In this document: piece by piece, positions 61,968 to 64,000 of the stretch | Layout: each line of letters starts with the position of its first letter | How positions within the stretch are numbered: position 1 is the stretch's first letter | Made by a program: the position numbers and the translations under genes | From: Leucoraja erinacea | Lineage: Eukaryota | DNA: 64,000 nt | Reading direction: 5' to 3' | Assembly (NCBI RefSeq): GCF_028641065.1 | Contig: NC_073379.1 | Span: 16,926,001-16,990,000, forward strand | The notes under the pieces: generated by a model | What the model saw: the letters and a program-made list of their open reading frames with translations, nothing else | Database searches by the model: none | Told to the model about the DNA's origin: nothing

Positions 61968-62684
61968 TCAGCTGTGGGCAGAATTCCAGGGGTGTATGAA
62001 GGGGGTGAGGGGGCACCGCAGGAACACCCAGTCGTACATGAAGGAGTAGAGCACATTCTGAGACCTCTCGACGAAGGACATCTTGTCGGACAACTCTGAC
62101 AGAATGACTGGGACATAGGAGGGCGGGGTTGGCATCTGTCCACAGTGTCTCTCCAACGTAAAGCCCGGGGAGAACCGCAGGGTGAAGACGAGGGGAACCC
62201 CAAGCTTCAAAGCCAGGAGATCCCCGCACACCTGCACTGGGTCAGAGAGCAGGACCTTGAACTTGGCCTCCCGTAGTCTCTGCACCAGCTCCTCGTTCTT
62301 CAGTATCCCGTCGCACACCTGCATGCCCAGCTCCCTCCCCTTGGCCATCAGCGCCGAAAACACCCTGTACCTGCCCCAAAAGGACAAGTCCGGTGCCTGG
62401 TAAAGGGAGACGTCCAGCCAGTTGTTCAAAAAGGCTTCCGTGGTCTCGTGTGTAAACGGCACTTGGAACACTTCCAACTTCATGGCCGAGGACTCGGAGT
62501 TGTTTACAAACCACTGTGACATCGTGGCCACTGTGACATCGTGGCCCCTCGCCATCAAGCCGGCAATTATGTACTTCAAGTTAATCCAGTGGCTTCCTTC
62601 TGTCAACGGCCAGATCAACACGTTCTCCCCAGCGACCCCGGGCAGGGTGAGATACATCACCAACAGCAGATGCCTGGCATGCAT
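61968..62684 (-). pseudogene. Variable exon 1, type A copy 5 (open ORF but 3'-truncated, canonical donor lost)
   Basis: ATG at 62684; homology ends at WVFLR (about 62016), then reads CPLTPFIHPWNSAHS* into the spacer. Confidence 0.72.
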
Positions 62685-64000
62685 GGTGTTCGCCAGCAAT
62701 CCAACCTCAGTGCCCGATCAGCCGCCCTGCACTCTGATCAGAATAAAAACCTCCCCTTTGAAACTTCCTGGTGGACACAGTTTCCACTCCGGCATGAACA
62801 GGAACAAGGAAATAGAAATCCTGGACTGGATTGAGAATGCTGATCTAACTTCAGTGCAGAGGAACAGCAGGGAAACTGGCCCCACTCACTGCCCACAAAG
62901 TCTACGCCCGTCCGCACCAGTCACTTCAGTTGAGTTTATTGTCACATGTACCGAGGTACAGTGAAAAACTTTTGTTGAGCGTTAACCAGCCAGCAGAAAA
63001 ACAATGCACCAGCCGTAGTTCTATGCTTAAGAAGGAACTGCAAATGCTGAAGAAGGGTCACGACCCGAAACGCCACCCATTCTTTCTCTCCAGAAATGCT
63101 GCCTGTCCCGCTGAGTTACTCCAGCTTCTAAAACAAATCTATTTTCGGTTTGAACCAGCATCTGCAATTCCTTTCCCACACATTATTCCAGCTTGAGTTC
63201 TAATTGAGTGCCTTACCAATGTTCAGATTCGTGCCAGAGAAGCAGAGAAGTGGTGGCGCAGTGGCGCAACAGTAGAGCACCAAAGACCTTGGTTCCATCC
63301 TGGCTATGGGTGTTTGTGGAGTTTGTACGTTCTCCCCGTGACAGTCTGAGTAATAGAGTGAAAGAGTGTGGAAACAGGCCCATAGGCACAACTTGCCCAC
63401 ACCGCCCAACATGTCCAAGCTACACTAGTCCCACCTGTCTGCATTTGGTCCATATCCCTCCAAACCAACCACGCATTCCTATTAAATCTTTTCCCCTTCA
63501 CCTTAAACCAATGTCCTCTGGTCCTTGATTCACCTAGGCTGGGCAAGAGATTCTGATAGGATACAGCGTTAGTCTTCTTAGATGGCACCTTCCAAAGTCA
63601 TGACTTCCACCTGCTGCAAGGACAATGACAGCAAGAACATGGGAACACCACCAACCAAGCCTCACAACATCCCGACTTGGAAATACATCACAGTTCTTTC
63701 ATTGTTGCTGGGTCAAAAACCTACAACTCTCTTTCTGAAACAATCATGAGTGTGCCCGCAGTAGCAGTTCAAGAAGGCAGCTCACCACCACCCTCTCAAT
63801 GGCAATTATGGATGGACCATTAAATGCTGGCTCAGTTTACGAACCGTACGTACCTTCAATTAATACATTGACAAAATGGTGAAGAGTATACTTTAAAATA
63901 ACATAGCTGACATTGTTACATCAGTAGGTATAACGCTTAATTTCTACATGTTAATTGGTAATTTTGTAATCGATTCACTTAACAAAAGGAAAAGAGACAG

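Larger units (their letters stand above)
47840..64000. repeat. Tandem segmental array of 3.2-3.7 kb units, each with one type-A and one type-B UGT exon 1
   Basis: Near-identical spacers (SINE, pLTR and LINE remnants) recur. A donors at 48304, 51964, 58656; B donors at 50327, 54023, 57270, 60766. The window ends in the intron just 3' of a further B exon. Confidence 0.93.

Noticed and set aside
3720-63200. Recurring repeats of about 100 bp as a CRISPR-like array
   Set aside because: Eukaryotic DNA; the repeats are dispersed, in both orientations, and match the Penelope pLTR.
47840-64000. Reading each 240-270 aa UGT ORF as a stand-alone intronless gene
   Set aside because: Each lacks the UDP-sugar-binding domain and TM helix, and the intact copies have a phase-1 donor before the ORF stop, so they are first exons.

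Overview
Vertebrate genomic DNA. The repeat content (HE1-type V-SINEs, CR1/HER1 LINEs, abundant Penelope pLTRs) points to an elasmobranch, probably a skate or ray. Left part: the 5' end of YTHDC1 on the minus strand (coding exons 1-4; CpG-island promoter at about 14.1-14.6 kb). Middle: a TE-rich intergenic block with a 5'-truncated RNase H-bearing I/Nimb-like LINE, a decayed hAT (KIAA1586/ZNF862-like) transposase, MITEs and SINEs. Right part: a minus-strand UGT2 (UGT2A-like) glucuronosyltransferase locus. It has one set of constant exons 2-6 (149/132/88/220/283 nt, 29.5-38.4 kb) fed by an array of alternative first exons: one TE-riddled pseudo-exon at 39.8-41.2 kb, then a young tandem array of 3.2-3.7 kb units, each holding a type-A and a type-B exon 1 (47.8 kb to beyond the window end). 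Four first exons are intact (A1, B1, B2, B4); the rest are frameshifted, stopped or lack a donor, and some lesions may be assembly errors. Retroelement-borne hammerhead-like and HDV-like ribozyme motifs and a candidate alternative/poison exon in YTHDC1 intron 1 are also visible. All calls were made by eye; no database searches were run.
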